Below are positions 20,102 to 30,441 of a stretch of 64,000 nucleotides of DNA, one piece after another (position 1 is the stretch's first letter; every line of letters begins with the position of its first letter). A model generated the notes under the pieces. The model searched no databases. It had not been told where the DNA came from and saw only the letters and a list, made by a program, of their open reading frames with translations. The stretch spans positions 64,001-128,000 of the forward strand of contig JAXGMI010000003.1 in the NCBI GenBank assembly GCA_040768745.1. Reading direction: 5' to 3'. This stretch comes from Desulfomicrobium sp. (GTDB lineage Bacteria; Desulfobacterota; Desulfovibrionia; Desulfovibrionales; Desulfomicrobiaceae). The translations under genes and the position numbers were made by a program.

Positions 20102-20290
20102 CTAGTTTTCTTCGACAGTGATTGCGCCTGAGGGACAGACTTCAATGCAGGATTCGCAGCCCAGACATTCTTCCATGTTCACAGGAACTGCCTTGCCGTT
20201 CTGGAGCTCATACACTTCCACAGGGCAGACATCCACGCATTCCCCATCACCGGTGCACTTGTCGTGATCAACTGTAACCGTATAACCCAT
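20102..20290 (-). CDS. Ferredoxin (CxxDxxC + CxxCxxC cluster motifs)
   Basis: CTGDGECVDVCP and CLGCESCIEVCP, 62 aa. Confidence 0.95.
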   Translation of the reverse strand: MGYTVTVDHDKCTGDGECVDVCPVEVYELQNGKAVPVNMEECLGCESCIEVCPSGAITVEEN

Positions 20291-20449
20291 GATCTACCTC
20301 CAAAATTCTGTAAAATTCTCGCTTTCGCGAAATGGATGAAACCCACTTACACACGAACAATTTGCCTGTAAACCCAAATAACTTCCAGCAAAAAAGATAT
20401 TTCGCGACAGGGGGATATCCGGGCGATGGAGATCGCCCGGAGGTCTGCG

Positions 20450-21604
20450 CTACTCGATTTCTTCCTTCACCCCGATGGCAACCTTGTACAGGATGGTCAG
20501 CACGAGGAATCCTGTGGCGTAAATCCCCAGGGACACGCCGAGTTCCAACTGCGTCGGGACGTACTCGGTGATCTCGTGCAGGGGGTTGGGCACAAAGCCG
20601 CCACCGATCATGCCGAGGCCCTTGTCGATCCACGCCCCGATGAAAATGAGCAGGCAGGCTATGATGAGCATATTGTCCCGCTCCCTGTTTTTGGGCACCA
20701 GCAGGATAAGGATGCCGATGACGGCCATGATCATGGATGACCACATCCACGGCACCAGCACGCCATGACCATGGTAGCCGGCAAACAGGTATTGCAGGTG
20801 CGCCATGTGCGATGGAATCTGGCTGTAGAAGACCGTGAAGACTTCGCAAAGGAGCAGGAAGAGGTTCACGCACATGGCGTACACGACCGTTTTGCCCAAT
20901 GTGGACAACACGCCCTTGCCGGGGTCAAACCCCGTGAAGATCTTGGCGATATAGGTGACCAGGATCAGGAAGGCGGGGCCGGCGGCAAAGGCCGAAGCCA
21001 GAAAGCGCGCCGCCAGGACCGCCGTCAGCCAGTAACCGCGGCCGGGCAGGCCGCAGTACAGGAAGGCCGTGACGGTATGGATGGACACCGCCCACGGAAT
21101 GGACAGGTAGATGAAGAACTTGATCCATTTCGGCGGGGCGATCTGCTTGCGCTCCGCCTCCAGGGTGACCCAACCCACCAGGATGTTGATGAGCAGGTAG
21201 CCGTTCAGGACCACCATGTCCCAGAAGAGAATGGAATTGGGCGTGGGATGCAGCAGGACGTTCATCAGGCGCTGCGGGGAGCCGAGGTCAGCCACGATGA
21301 AGAGCAGACAGAGCACGACCATGGCCACGGCATTGAATTCGCCGAGGATCAGGATCTTGGCGAATTTGTGATAATCATGAAGATACTTGGGGATGACCAG
21401 CATGACGGCCGAGGCGGCAACGCCCACCAGAAAGGTGAATTGGGCGATATAAAACCCCCAGGACACGTCCCGGCTCATGCCCGTGATGGTCAGACCGTGG
21501 GAAAGCTGCTGCCAGTAGCAGGCGGCGCCGACGCTCATCAGCAGGAGCAGGAAGGCGATCCATCCCCAATAGACTTTCGTTCCAGATATGGCTTTTTCAA
21601 GCAT
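20450..21604 (-). CDS. dsrP: DsrP (NrfD-family membrane subunit)
   Basis: TGMSRDVSWGFYIAQFTFLVGVAA; polytopic; operon position. Confidence 0.93.
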   Translation of the reverse strand: MLEKAISGTKVYWGWIAFLLLLMSVGAACYWQQLSHGLTITGMSRDVSWGFYIAQFTFLVGVAASAVMLVIPKYLHDYHKFAKILILGEFNAVAMVVLCLLFIVADLGSPQRLMNVLLHPTPNSILFWDMVVLNGYLLINILVGWVTLEAERKQIAPPKWIKFFIYLSIPWAVSIHTVTAFLYCGLPGRGYWLTAVLAARFLASAFAAGPAFLILVTYIAKIFTGFDPGKGVLSTLGKTVVYAMCVNLFLLLCEVFTVFYSQIPSHMAHLQYLFAGYHGHGVLVPWMWSSMIMAVIGILILLVPKNRERDNMLIIACLLIFIGAWIDKGLGMIGGGFVPNPLHEITEYVPTQLELGVSLGIYATGFLVLTILYKVAIGVKEEIE

Positions 21605-21614
21605 GGCTCACCCC

Positions 21615-22409
21615 CTACACAAGATAATAGACACAAGGTTTGGTTCCCAGGGTCGGGCTACGCCTGATGGAGAAACGCTCGGCCAGAAGCTTGCGCACTT
21701 CGGATTCAGGATCAGACAAGTCACCAAACACCATCGCACCTTCAGAAACCTCGACACAGGCGGGCATCTTTCCCTCCGCCAGGCGCTCGGCACAGAACTC
21801 ACACTTCTCCACGACACCCTTGGTCCGGGTCGGGAAGTCCGGGTTGGTCTTCCCCAGATGCTTGCGGGGGTCCATGAAGTTGAAACTGCGCGAGCCGTAA
21901 GGACATCCCGCCATGCAGTAGCGGCATCCGATGCAGCGGTGGAAGTCCATCATGACAATGCCGTCTTCGCGCTGGAAGGTCGCTTTGGTCGGGCAGACCC
22001 GCACACACGGAGGATTGTCGCAGTGGTTGCACAGCGCCAGGGCGGACTTCGCCCCCGCCTGAGGCTGGAACTCGTGCAGATCCTCCAGGAACAGGTGATC
22101 CATGTGGGCTTCCCAGATCCACTTCAGGTTCTGCTTTCCGGGAATCTCGGGCACATTGTGGATGGAATGGCAGGTATGCACCACCTCTTCCATGATCTTT
22201 TCCGTCAGTTTGGTCGTGTCGATCACCATGGCCCAGCGGGAGGCCTTGAGGGAATTGGGGCCGGCGTGCACCGCGTGGCGGGAGGCGAAAAGCACTCCTT
22301 CGCTGGGTTCTGCCCCTGCCGATGCCAGGAGCTGCGAGGCGGGTCGGACGCCCCATCCCAGTGCAGCAAAGGCTGCGATCTTCAGAAAGTTTCTACGCAT
22401 TGTCTTCAT
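21615..22409 (-). CDS. dsrO: DsrO (Tat-exported FeS protein)
   Basis: MRRNFLK Tat motif; CNHCDNPPCVRVCP, CIGCRYCMAGCP. Confidence 0.93.
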   Translation of the reverse strand: MKTMRRNFLKIAAFAALGWGVRPASQLLASAGAEPSEGVLFASRHAVHAGPNSLKASRWAMVIDTTKLTEKIMEEVVHTCHSIHNVPEIPGKQNLKWIWEAHMDHLFLEDLHEFQPQAGAKSALALCNHCDNPPCVRVCPTKATFQREDGIVMMDFHRCIGCRYCMAGCPYGSRSFNFMDPRKHLGKTNPDFPTRTKGVVEKCEFCAERLAEGKMPACVEVSEGAMVFGDLSDPESEVRKLLAERFSIRRSPTLGTKPCVYYLV

Positions 22410-22792
22410 TTCTTTTCCCCCTTCGGATCAACATGACAATCCCAGCAGTAGGGGCTTACGGAAACTGTCGCATGGCATTTGTCGCAGAACTTATCCTTGT
22501 TCTCATGGCACTTGAGGCAGGTCTTGGTCAGACTTTTCGCATGCACCCGATGCGTGGCGGTGGAATGGTACTCGTGCTGGCCGTTGCGGACGACCTCGTC
22601 ACGCCACTCGTTGAGCATGGCCATGTGCTCGCTGCGCATGAACTCGACCCCTTCCACGCATTCCTTGGCCATTTTGACCTTTTCCAGCTCTGGCCGTTTA
22701 TAGGCGGCACTGCCGATGTTGTTCCAGAAAGGATAGGTCATGAAGACCACGAACACGGCAAGACCAACCAGTATTTTATTCTTGTCGTACAT
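22406..22792 (-). CDS. dsrJ: DsrJ triheme cytochrome c
   Basis: Three CxxCH motifs (CLKCH, CDKCH, CWDCH). Confidence 0.95.
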   Translation of the reverse strand: MYDKNKILVGLAVFVVFMTYPFWNNIGSAAYKRPELEKVKMAKECVEGVEFMRSEHMAMLNEWRDEVVRNGQHEYHSTATHRVHAKSLTKTCLKCHENKDKFCDKCHATVSVSPYCWDCHVDPKGEKK

Positions 22793-24420
22793 TATTCATC
22801 CTCCCCGGGCAGGTCTTCGCCGCGCAGATCGGTTTCGCGTTCCTTTTCTCCGGTCATGATCAGGGCGTTGGCCACCAGCTCATGGAGACCGCACACGCTC
22901 ACCCCGGGCACCCAGTAGTTCATGGAGTTGGGAAGCACTGCCCGGTCAATGGCGCAGACACAGCCGAGCATGTTCACCCCGTACTTCTCATGCACGTACT
23001 TCACGGCATTGGCCCGGGGCAGACCGCCCATCATGCGCAATTCGTCATTCTCGCCCGCATTCAGCCCGGCACCGCCGCCGCAGCAGAAGGTCTGCTCCCG
23101 GATGGTGCCCACGGGCATGTCCGTGAATTTCTCCACCACGCTCTTGGCAACATAACGGGGCTCATCCAGCAGGCCCATCCCGCGCGCCGGATTACAGGAA
23201 TCATGCCAGGTAAGGTGGACTCTGGCATTACGTTTCTTGTCGAAATTGAGCTTGCCGTTCTTGATCAGGTCAGCGGTGAATTCGGCGATATGCACCATTT
23301 TGGTGCTGGCCGCATTCTTGAAGACGGTCCCCGTGATCGGATTGACCGGGGTTTCCATCCTGGAGGACTGGAAGTCAGGACCATTGAGGGTATCCATGTA
23401 CTGATGGATGACGCGCCACATGTGTCCGCATTCTCCGCCCAGGATCCACTTCACACCGAGACGGTCGGCCTCCATGTACATCTTGGAATTGAGGCGCTTC
23501 ATGGTTTCGTGCGAGGTGAAGAAACCGAAGTTGCCGCCTTCGGAAGCGTAGGTGGACCATGTGATGTCCAGGCCGTATTCCCGCTTGAGATGCTCGAACA
23601 GGATCAGGTAGCCCATGCAGGTGTATGTGCCGGGGTCGGCGAAAACGTCACCGGACGGGGTGACAAACAGGATGTCGGCCCCCTTCCTGTTGAATGTCGG
23701 CTCCGGACGGATACCCGTGATGTCCTCGATATCATCGCAGAAGAAGTCGATCATATCGAAAAAGGCATGGGGCTGAATGCCCAGATGGTTGCCCGTGCGG
23801 TAGCAGTTGGCCACGGGGGTGGCGATCCAGTCGATGTTGAGGCCCAGCAGGTTCAGCAGTTCGCGGCCGATGATGGTCACCTCGGCCGTGTCGATACCGT
23901 AGGGACAGAACACGGAACAGCGCCGGCATTCGGAACACTGGAAAAAGTAGTACCACCATTCCTTGAGGACATCGACGGTCAGCTTGCGGCCTCCCGCGAA
24001 ACGCCCCAGGATCTTGCCGAAAGTGGTGAACTCGCCGCGGTAGACCGAGCGGAGCAATTCGGCACGCAACACCGGCATGTTCTTGGGGTCGCCGGAACCG
24101 ATGAAATAATGGCATTTGTCGGCGCACGCACCGCAGCGTACGCAGATGTCCATGAAAATCTTGAAGGACCGGAACTTGTGCAGACGCTCGCGTATGCCGT
24201 TGAAAATGATTTCCTGCCAGTTTTCAGGAAGCTTCCAGTCCTCATCCAGGGGGTTCCATTTCCGGGCATTGGGCAGCCCCACGTATTTAACGCTGTCAGG
24301 GTTGGCGGCATAGCAGTAACGGCCGGGCTTGATCTCCACCGGCACGTCCATCCAGTCCGCTCTGGGCGGATTGTGGTCAATATTGGCAAAAAGTGCTTCA
24401 GGGCGTGGCAGATCAGACAT
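22792..24420 (-). CDS. dsrK: DsrK
   Basis: CVRCGACADKC, CSECRRCSVFCP, CCG domain (TFCCGGG). Confidence 0.95.
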   Translation of the reverse strand: MSDLPRPEALFANIDHNPPRADWMDVPVEIKPGRYCYAANPDSVKYVGLPNARKWNPLDEDWKLPENWQEIIFNGIRERLHKFRSFKIFMDICVRCGACADKCHYFIGSGDPKNMPVLRAELLRSVYRGEFTTFGKILGRFAGGRKLTVDVLKEWWYYFFQCSECRRCSVFCPYGIDTAEVTIIGRELLNLLGLNIDWIATPVANCYRTGNHLGIQPHAFFDMIDFFCDDIEDITGIRPEPTFNRKGADILFVTPSGDVFADPGTYTCMGYLILFEHLKREYGLDITWSTYASEGGNFGFFTSHETMKRLNSKMYMEADRLGVKWILGGECGHMWRVIHQYMDTLNGPDFQSSRMETPVNPITGTVFKNAASTKMVHIAEFTADLIKNGKLNFDKKRNARVHLTWHDSCNPARGMGLLDEPRYVAKSVVEKFTDMPVGTIREQTFCCGGGAGLNAGENDELRMMGGLPRANAVKYVHEKYGVNMLGCVCAIDRAVLPNSMNYWVPGVSVCGLHELVANALIMTGEKERETDLRGEDLPGEDE

Positions 24421-25433
24421 CACTCGGCTCCTTCTGCTGACGGCTTGTCCACGGGAATATCCTTTTCTTCCATCTTCTCACGGAATTCATCCTCGTATTC
24501 CTCGTAGGTGTGGTAGTGGACGTTTTCAAATTTCCATGGATTGACATGGCGGAACTTTCTTGAGGCACAGTTCATGTTCCTGGTCGGGGAGAGGAACACG
24601 CCGCCCATGTGCATGAGCTTGCTCAGCGGGAAGTAGATGAGCAGGACCGAAACGAGGAACAGGTGAATATAGAAAATCACCCCGATCCCCTCGGGAATGA
24701 CCCACGAAAAGGTGACCAGTCCCATGGTCAGCTGCTTGACGGAAATAATGTCCACCTTGGTGAAGTAGCGCATGAAAATGCCGCTGAAGGCTATACCGAG
24801 GATCAGGAAGAGCGGAAAATAGTCCTGCACCTGGGAAATATAGCGGACCTGGGGCACCACGACCCGACGCAAGAACAGATAGGTCACGGCAAGGACAAAA
24901 ACGAGATCGGTCAGGTAGAGGGTGGGGGCTCCGATCTGGAGCAGGGAGTCCATGGTGTCGATCCCGGCAATGAGGACCGGGACCGGTTCCGTGAAAAACC
25001 GCATATGCCGCACCACGATCACAAGAAAGCTGTAATGAAAGGCCAGCGCTCCCAACCAGAGCCACTTGCTTGAACTGTAGGTCACCTTGGTTCCTTCGTG
25101 CAGGTCAACCTTGGTGTTCCGGAACAGAGACCTGAACAACAGCACCTCGAGGATCATCCGCGTGACGACCCCGCCCGTCGTGGACGGATTCTCGATGGTG
25201 CTCTGCTTGATCCAGGGCAGAGACTCCTGCTGGCCGCAGGTGGTGGGAATGCAGAATGGCACCGCCGATCTGCCCCAGTCCACGACCCTCACACAGAACC
25301 CCACCACGAAAACCGCGACTGCCAGGAAGGGTATGTACAGCCCGAAGGCCTTTTCCATACCCAATGTCCCGGCGCCCACAAGGGCTATTGCCGCGAGGGC
25401 AAAGACCAGGAAGAGGGAGTAAAGAGCTTTCAT
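24420..25433 (-). CDS. dsrM: DsrM cytochrome b subunit
   Basis: NarI-like, FHYSFL..RHMRFF, YFPLSKLMHMGGVFLSPTRN. Confidence 0.95.
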   Translation of the reverse strand: MKALYSLFLVFALAAIALVGAGTLGMEKAFGLYIPFLAVAVFVVGFCVRVVDWGRSAVPFCIPTTCGQQESLPWIKQSTIENPSTTGGVVTRMILEVLLFRSLFRNTKVDLHEGTKVTYSSSKWLWLGALAFHYSFLVIVVRHMRFFTEPVPVLIAGIDTMDSLLQIGAPTLYLTDLVFVLAVTYLFLRRVVVPQVRYISQVQDYFPLFLILGIAFSGIFMRYFTKVDIISVKQLTMGLVTFSWVIPEGIGVIFYIHLFLVSVLLIYFPLSKLMHMGGVFLSPTRNMNCASRKFRHVNPWKFENVHYHTYEEYEDEFREKMEEKDIPVDKPSAEGAE

Positions 25434-25483
25434 GTACCTTGTACCTCGCTAAAGGGTTAACTCTGAAATATATTTAACGGACA

Positions 25484-26002
25484 CTACCCCGTTATCTCCT
25501 CGTCCTTAAGCAGATTTGCCTTTTCCAGAAGCTTGTGGGTTCTGCTGTACAATTGATTGGCTTTCTGTTGCCACAGAACCTCGCGGCAATTCATGTAGAG
25601 ATCAAACCCCAGCATGGTCAGGCGATCAACAGTCAGGTTCCAGTCCCGCAGCATGGCGTCCACAACATCAGGACCGGCGGCCTTTTCCAGCTCCCTGTGC
25701 ACAATTTCCTTCAGCGCAGGCACGAAACAGAGGGCCACAGACGGAGAAAACCCCTGCACGGCCCGAATGCGCAGGATTCCGTCCAGCTCTTTGGTGCATT
25801 CGGCCACGTCTGCCCCCTTGGCCAGATTCAGAAACATCTTTTCGATATTGTTCCGGAACGTATGACCCACAGGGTTTGCAAACTGATTGGCAGATCCGGA
25901 AAAAAACTTGGCTCCTTCCGATGGATAGGTCTGAATGATGGCCTCCACCCATTGCGCTGAAATACCCCTGTGATTATCGACCAGAAATTTGCTCAGATCC
26001 AT
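25484..26002 (-). CDS. dsrT: DsrT (RsbRD N-terminal-like)
   Basis: QFANPVG..ILRIRAVQGFSPS..FDLYMNCRE; immediately upstream of dsrM. Confidence 0.85.
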   Translation of the reverse strand: MDLSKFLVDNHRGISAQWVEAIIQTYPSEGAKFFSGSANQFANPVGHTFRNNIEKMFLNLAKGADVAECTKELDGILRIRAVQGFSPSVALCFVPALKEIVHRELEKAAGPDVVDAMLRDWNLTVDRLTMLGFDLYMNCREVLWQQKANQLYSRTHKLLEKANLLKDEEITG

Positions 26003-26104
26003 ATTCACCTTAACTTTATGATTTTACAGAAACAAAAGAAACCTTCGCAACAGCATGGAACAATTGGGCATAGTTGCGCGGTTCTTAAATCAGCTCGGTT
26101 TCAA

Positions 26105-26133
26105 GGTCAAGCCATTTGTGAAAAATGAAACAA
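26105..26133 (-). promoter_or_regulatory. Putative dsrT promoter -35 and Rex-like operator
   Basis: TTGACC on the minus strand (26105-26110) adjacent to TTGTGAA-AAAT-GAAACAA (26116-26133). Confidence 0.45.
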
Positions 26134-26320
26134 AGGCAATTCGCAAATAAATATATTAATTCAGCGTGTTGAATCATTGCGCCCTTTCGCCCACCCCTGC
26201 TCCTGGCCTGGCCATGACCTTCCCGCCGGCCCCTCCCTTCCCTGCGGACTAGGCATTCAGGGACGGTTGTGGTAGCTGCACGCACATTACATGAACAACG
26301 CTAGCTGCACGGCCCCCTGC

Positions 26321-28615
26321 ATGAAATTACAATCTGTCCTTCTGTGCTGTCTCTGTCTTCTCCTTCTGCAGTGCCCCGCTGCATCCGCTGACTCCGCCGA
26401 CCGGGCTGAAACCGAGTCATGGCGGCTGCTTGCGGACAGGACAGAGGCCAGCCATGACAACCAATTCGTCGAAGCCTTTGGCAACGTCGTGCTGGAGCGT
26501 GGAAGCGACTACATTCGTGCCGATTATGCCCGCTTTTATCAAGGGACCAGATGGGTATTCCTCAAGGGCGCAGTGGAGGCCAGGTTCCAGGGGGACTTTC
26601 TCAAGGCCGAGGAGGCGGAGTTCGACCTCAACTCCAATATCGGCTGGCTCAAAGACGGTCAGGTTTTCATGGAAGAGCCGCACATGTACTTCGAAGGGGC
26701 CATCCTGAAAAAAACCGGGCCGGAAACATACGAATTCCGGGAGGCAACCATCACGGTCTGCGACGGGGACAGGCCTGCGTGGTCCATCAAATCCGCCCGC
26801 GGGGACATCACAGTGGATGGATACGCCCATCTCTGGGCGCCCCGCTTCCAGATCCTGGATCAGCCTGTGCTCTTCTCCCCCTACGCGGTCATCCCGGTGA
26901 AAACCAAACGGCAGAGCGGATTTCTCCTTCCGGAAATAGGCTCCAGCGACCGCCTCGGCATCACCTATGACCAGCCTTACTACCAGGTCATCGACGAAGA
27001 ACAGGACGTGACCCTGTACTCCCATCTGATGACATCCAGAGGGCTCATGCTCGGAGCGGAATACCGCCATGTCCCCGATATCCACACCAAGGGCATCTGG
27101 AAACTCGACTACCTGCATGACCTCGAGACTGAAGGTTCGTCCCTTTACAGCGACAATCCAGACATGGAGCGGGGCAACCGCAGCCGGTGGTGGGCCCGCG
27201 GCAAATTCGACGGTTATCTGGGTGAGCCGGACTGGAACCTCAAAGCTGATCTCGACCTTGTGTCCGACCAGGACTATCTTCGTGAATTTTCCAGAGGGTA
27301 TTCAGGATTCAGCAAGTCCCGCCGGGATTTTCTGAAATACTTCGGTCGCGATATCGAAGACAATGACAGCGACCTGCGCATCAACCGTCTCTTTTTGAGC
27401 CGCAGCTGGGCCAATATCGGGATCCAGGGCCTTGTGGAATACACGCAGAATCTCGAATACGGAAGCAACAGCAAGCTTTCCAACAAACGCAGTGAAGACA
27501 ATCCGACTGTGCAGCGCCTTCCCGAATTGAATCTGCACCTCTATCAGACGCAGCTCGCGGCAACTCCGCTGACCATGGAAGGAAGCTCGCAGCTTGCATC
27601 ATTCTGGCGGGAGTACGGCACAACCGGAACCCGCATCGACGTTCACCCTGTCCTCGGCCTTCCTCTCCATTTTCAATACGGGTCGATCATCCCCAAGGCC
27701 GGAGTCAGGGGGACGAGTTACTTCATCCAGCGTTTTGAAGGTGATGACCAGGACGTGGAGACTGACGAGAGCACCCAGGCGCGCTTCCTGCCGGACTTCT
27801 CCGCCACTGCCTACACCGAGTTCTCCCGGGTGTTCACCCTCCACGAAGAACGCGATGTGGAGCTGGATCAGACAGATTCCACCTGGCTCAAACTCAAACA
27901 TGCGGTCCAACCAAGGCTGGAATACACCTATCTGCCCTACGCGGATCAGGACAGACATCCCTATTTTGATGAAACCGACCGCATTGATGCCACCAACGAG
28001 CTGCGGTACTCGCTCAGCAACATTTTCACCTGCAAATCCGGACAACTGCGACCTGATCCGGCCAAACGCGGATCAACTGACATCAAGTTCGATTTTTTTG
28101 AACTGACCAGACTGCGTTTCGAGCAGGCCTACAATTTCCGCGAAGCCAGCAGGGAACACCAGATTGACGAGTATCCCAATCGTCCGTTCTCTGATGTTCT
28201 GACCGACCTGACCACCCGTCTCTCCCCCTGGCTCTCCCTGACCAACAAAACCTGGATCTCCCCCTACGAAGGTCAGGTCACGGAGCACGAACACTATCTG
28301 ACCTTCGCCTACGAGGACCTCACCTACGCCCTGTTCGGCCTGGATTTTCTTGAAGAAATTGACGAGTATGAGCGGCAGGAACAGGAACGGCAACGCATTG
28401 CCAAATTCGGGGGCGCCATGAGCCTCTCCCCGCAGTGGAGCGTGGCCGTTCTGTACCGCGTCGACTACGAAGCCAGCGTGGATCTGGAAAAAGAAGTCGT
28501 CCTCCGTTACGACCACCAGTGCTTTTCCGCAGAAACTGCGTGGAGCCAGACCGAGGATGACAACCGGTTCGAGTTCCGCGTCATTCTGGCCCAACTGGGC
28601 GCTCTCGGCCGCTGA
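26321..28615 (+). CDS. lptD: LPS assembly protein LptD
   Basis: Signal peptide, OstA-like N-terminus, KRQSGFLLP motif, beta-barrel ending YDHQC..LAQLG; alternative ATG at 26291. Confidence 0.88.
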   Translation: MKLQSVLLCCLCLLLLQCPAASADSADRAETESWRLLADRTEASHDNQFVEAFGNVVLERGSDYIRADYARFYQGTRWVFLKGAVEARFQGDFLKAEEAEFDLNSNIGWLKDGQVFMEEPHMYFEGAILKKTGPETYEFREATITVCDGDRPAWSIKSARGDITVDGYAHLWAPRFQILDQPVLFSPYAVIPVKTKRQSGFLLPEIGSSDRLGITYDQPYYQVIDEEQDVTLYSHLMTSRGLMLGAEYRHVPDIHTKGIWKLDYLHDLETEGSSLYSDNPDMERGNRSRWWARGKFDGYLGEPDWNLKADLDLVSDQDYLREFSRGYSGFSKSRRDFLKYFGRDIEDNDSDLRINRLFLSRSWANIGIQGLVEYTQNLEYGSNSKLSNKRSEDNPTVQRLPELNLHLYQTQLAATPLTMEGSSQLASFWREYGTTGTRIDVHPVLGLPLHFQYGSIIPKAGVRGTSYFIQRFEGDDQDVETDESTQARFLPDFSATAYTEFSRVFTLHEERDVELDQTDSTWLKLKHAVQPRLEYTYLPYADQDRHPYFDETDRIDATNELRYSLSNIFTCKSGQLRPDPAKRGSTDIKFDFFELTRLRFEQAYNFREASREHQIDEYPNRPFSDVLTDLTTRLSPWLSLTNKTWISPYEGQVTEHEHYLTFAYEDLTYALFGLDFLEEIDEYERQEQERQRIAKFGGAMSLSPQWSVAVLYRVDYEASVDLEKEVVLRYDHQCFSAETAWSQTEDDNRFEFRVILAQLGALGR

Positions 28616-28618
28616 AAG

Positions 28619-30397
28619 ATGGCGCACGACTCCGGTATCCGTCTTCTTCCCCCCGAATTGCAGAACCAGATTGCTGCAGGCGAGGTTGTCGAACGCCCGG
28701 CCAGCGTGCTCAAGGAGCTGATGGAGAACGCCCTCGATGCCGGGGCCACCCGCATCCGTGTCCAGATCAGGGATGGCGGACAATCCTCGGTTGTCATCTC
28801 GGACAACGGGTCGGGCATTCCCGCTGAGCAGCTCGAACTGGCGGTCACCCGCCACGCCACCAGCAAGCTTGAGACCCTGGAGGATCTGCAGACAATCCGG
28901 ACCTTCGGTTTCCGCGGCGAGGCCCTGCCCAGCATCGCCTCTGTCTGTCGCTTCCACCTGGCCTCATCCTCCGGGGAGGACGGGGTCGGAGCCGCGTTGG
29001 AACTGCTCCACGGACGCCTTCTGGGCAGGACCGAGGTGGCCATGCCCCGCGGGACACGGATTGAGGTCAGCGATCTCTTTGCCAATGTCCCGGCCCGGCT
29101 CAAATTCCTGAAACAGCCGGCAACAGAGACGCGCAAATGCACAGACATTTTCGTGCGCATGGCCCTGGCCAATCTGCAGGTCGATTTCGAACTCCTCATC
29201 GGCGACCGCCAGGTCCACCGCTTCCTGGCGGGACAGTCCCTGGCAGACCGCCTCAGGTCCATCTGGCCCGATGGGATCATGGAGTCCGTTCACGACCTGC
29301 AACACACCGAGGGCGGCCTGCAGATCTGTGGGCTTCTGGGGGATCCGGCCACGGCGCAGGCCAGGCCAGACCGCATCCTGATCTATGTCAACCAACGGCC
29401 CGTGCAGGACAAAACCGTGCTGAGCGCTGTGCGGGAAGGATACCGCGGAAAAATCCTGGGCCGGGAGTATCCCCAGGCTGTCATTTTCCTGCATCTCCCC
29501 CTGGACGAGGTGGACGTCAATGTGCACCCGGCCAAGGCAGAGGTCCGCTTCCGGGACGAGGGGGCTGTTTTCCGAGCCGTGCGCAGGGCCGTGACTCAGG
29601 GCCTGGAACGGACCGCTCCGCCGTCCGGGGACCCCTCTCAACCCGGCCAGCCGGTCCGGTATCCGGATCAGTCCCCGGAACCGGCGTTCCCGTCCCCTGC
29701 ATCCCGCCTTATGGAGCAGACTCCGGGACATGCATTCCCTTGGCCCCTGAAATTCGAATCTTCCAGGTCCGCCGAACGCCTCTTTGCCACCCCCCCTGTC
29801 ACGGACCGGGCCGAATCACGCCCCACGCCCCTCCCAGGACCCGAACCCGCTCCACCCTTCCGCTATCTCGGCCAGCTCGCGCGCACATATCTGATCGTTC
29901 TGACCAACGACGAAATCACGATCATTGATCAGCATGCCGCCCACGAGCGGGTGTTGTTTCACATGCTGCAGACCCAGGGGCACAAAGGGGAGCGCCGCCC
30001 TCTGCTCATGGCCCTGGAAATTCCGCTCCATCCCGCCCACTGTTCTGTGCTGCAGGACAGGTGGAGCGAACTGGGCCGGCTGGGCTTCGGCCTCGAACTG
30101 AGCAGTCCGCAGCTTCTTCTGGTCCGGGCCGTGCCGGCGCTGCTCACCCCTGCCGCGGCAAAGGAATTCATGGAGGATGTTCTCCTCAGCAAGGCCAGAT
30201 CCATGGAGGATCTGTGGTCCATCATGGCGTGCAGGGCCGCCCTCAAGGCAGGGGAAGCCATTGCCGCTGACGAGGCCCTGTCCCTTATCGAGGCCTGGCA
30301 GAAGCTGCCGGATCGCGAGCATTGCCCTCATGGCCGCCCCATTGCCCTGCGCTGGGGAGAGCGTGAACTGGAAAAAATGTTCAAACGCCGCACGTGA
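28619..30397 (+). CDS. mutL: DNA mismatch repair protein MutL
   Basis: NQIAAGEVVERPASVLKEL, GFRGEAL, DQHAAHER, CPHGRP. Confidence 0.97.
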   Translation: MAHDSGIRLLPPELQNQIAAGEVVERPASVLKELMENALDAGATRIRVQIRDGGQSSVVISDNGSGIPAEQLELAVTRHATSKLETLEDLQTIRTFGFRGEALPSIASVCRFHLASSSGEDGVGAALELLHGRLLGRTEVAMPRGTRIEVSDLFANVPARLKFLKQPATETRKCTDIFVRMALANLQVDFELLIGDRQVHRFLAGQSLADRLRSIWPDGIMESVHDLQHTEGGLQICGLLGDPATAQARPDRILIYVNQRPVQDKTVLSAVREGYRGKILGREYPQAVIFLHLPLDEVDVNVHPAKAEVRFRDEGAVFRAVRRAVTQGLERTAPPSGDPSQPGQPVRYPDQSPEPAFPSPASRLMEQTPGHAFPWPLKFESSRSAERLFATPPVTDRAESRPTPLPGPEPAPPFRYLGQLARTYLIVLTNDEITIIDQHAAHERVLFHMLQTQGHKGERRPLLMALEIPLHPAHCSVLQDRWSELGRLGFGLELSSPQLLLVRAVPALLTPAAAKEFMEDVLLSKARSMEDLWSIMACRAALKAGEAIAADEALSLIEAWQKLPDREHCPHGRPIALRWGERELEKMFKRRT

Positions 30398-30441
30398 TTT
30401 GTGCGCGCAGGATGCTCAATCGTACTAAACAGGAGGATTCC

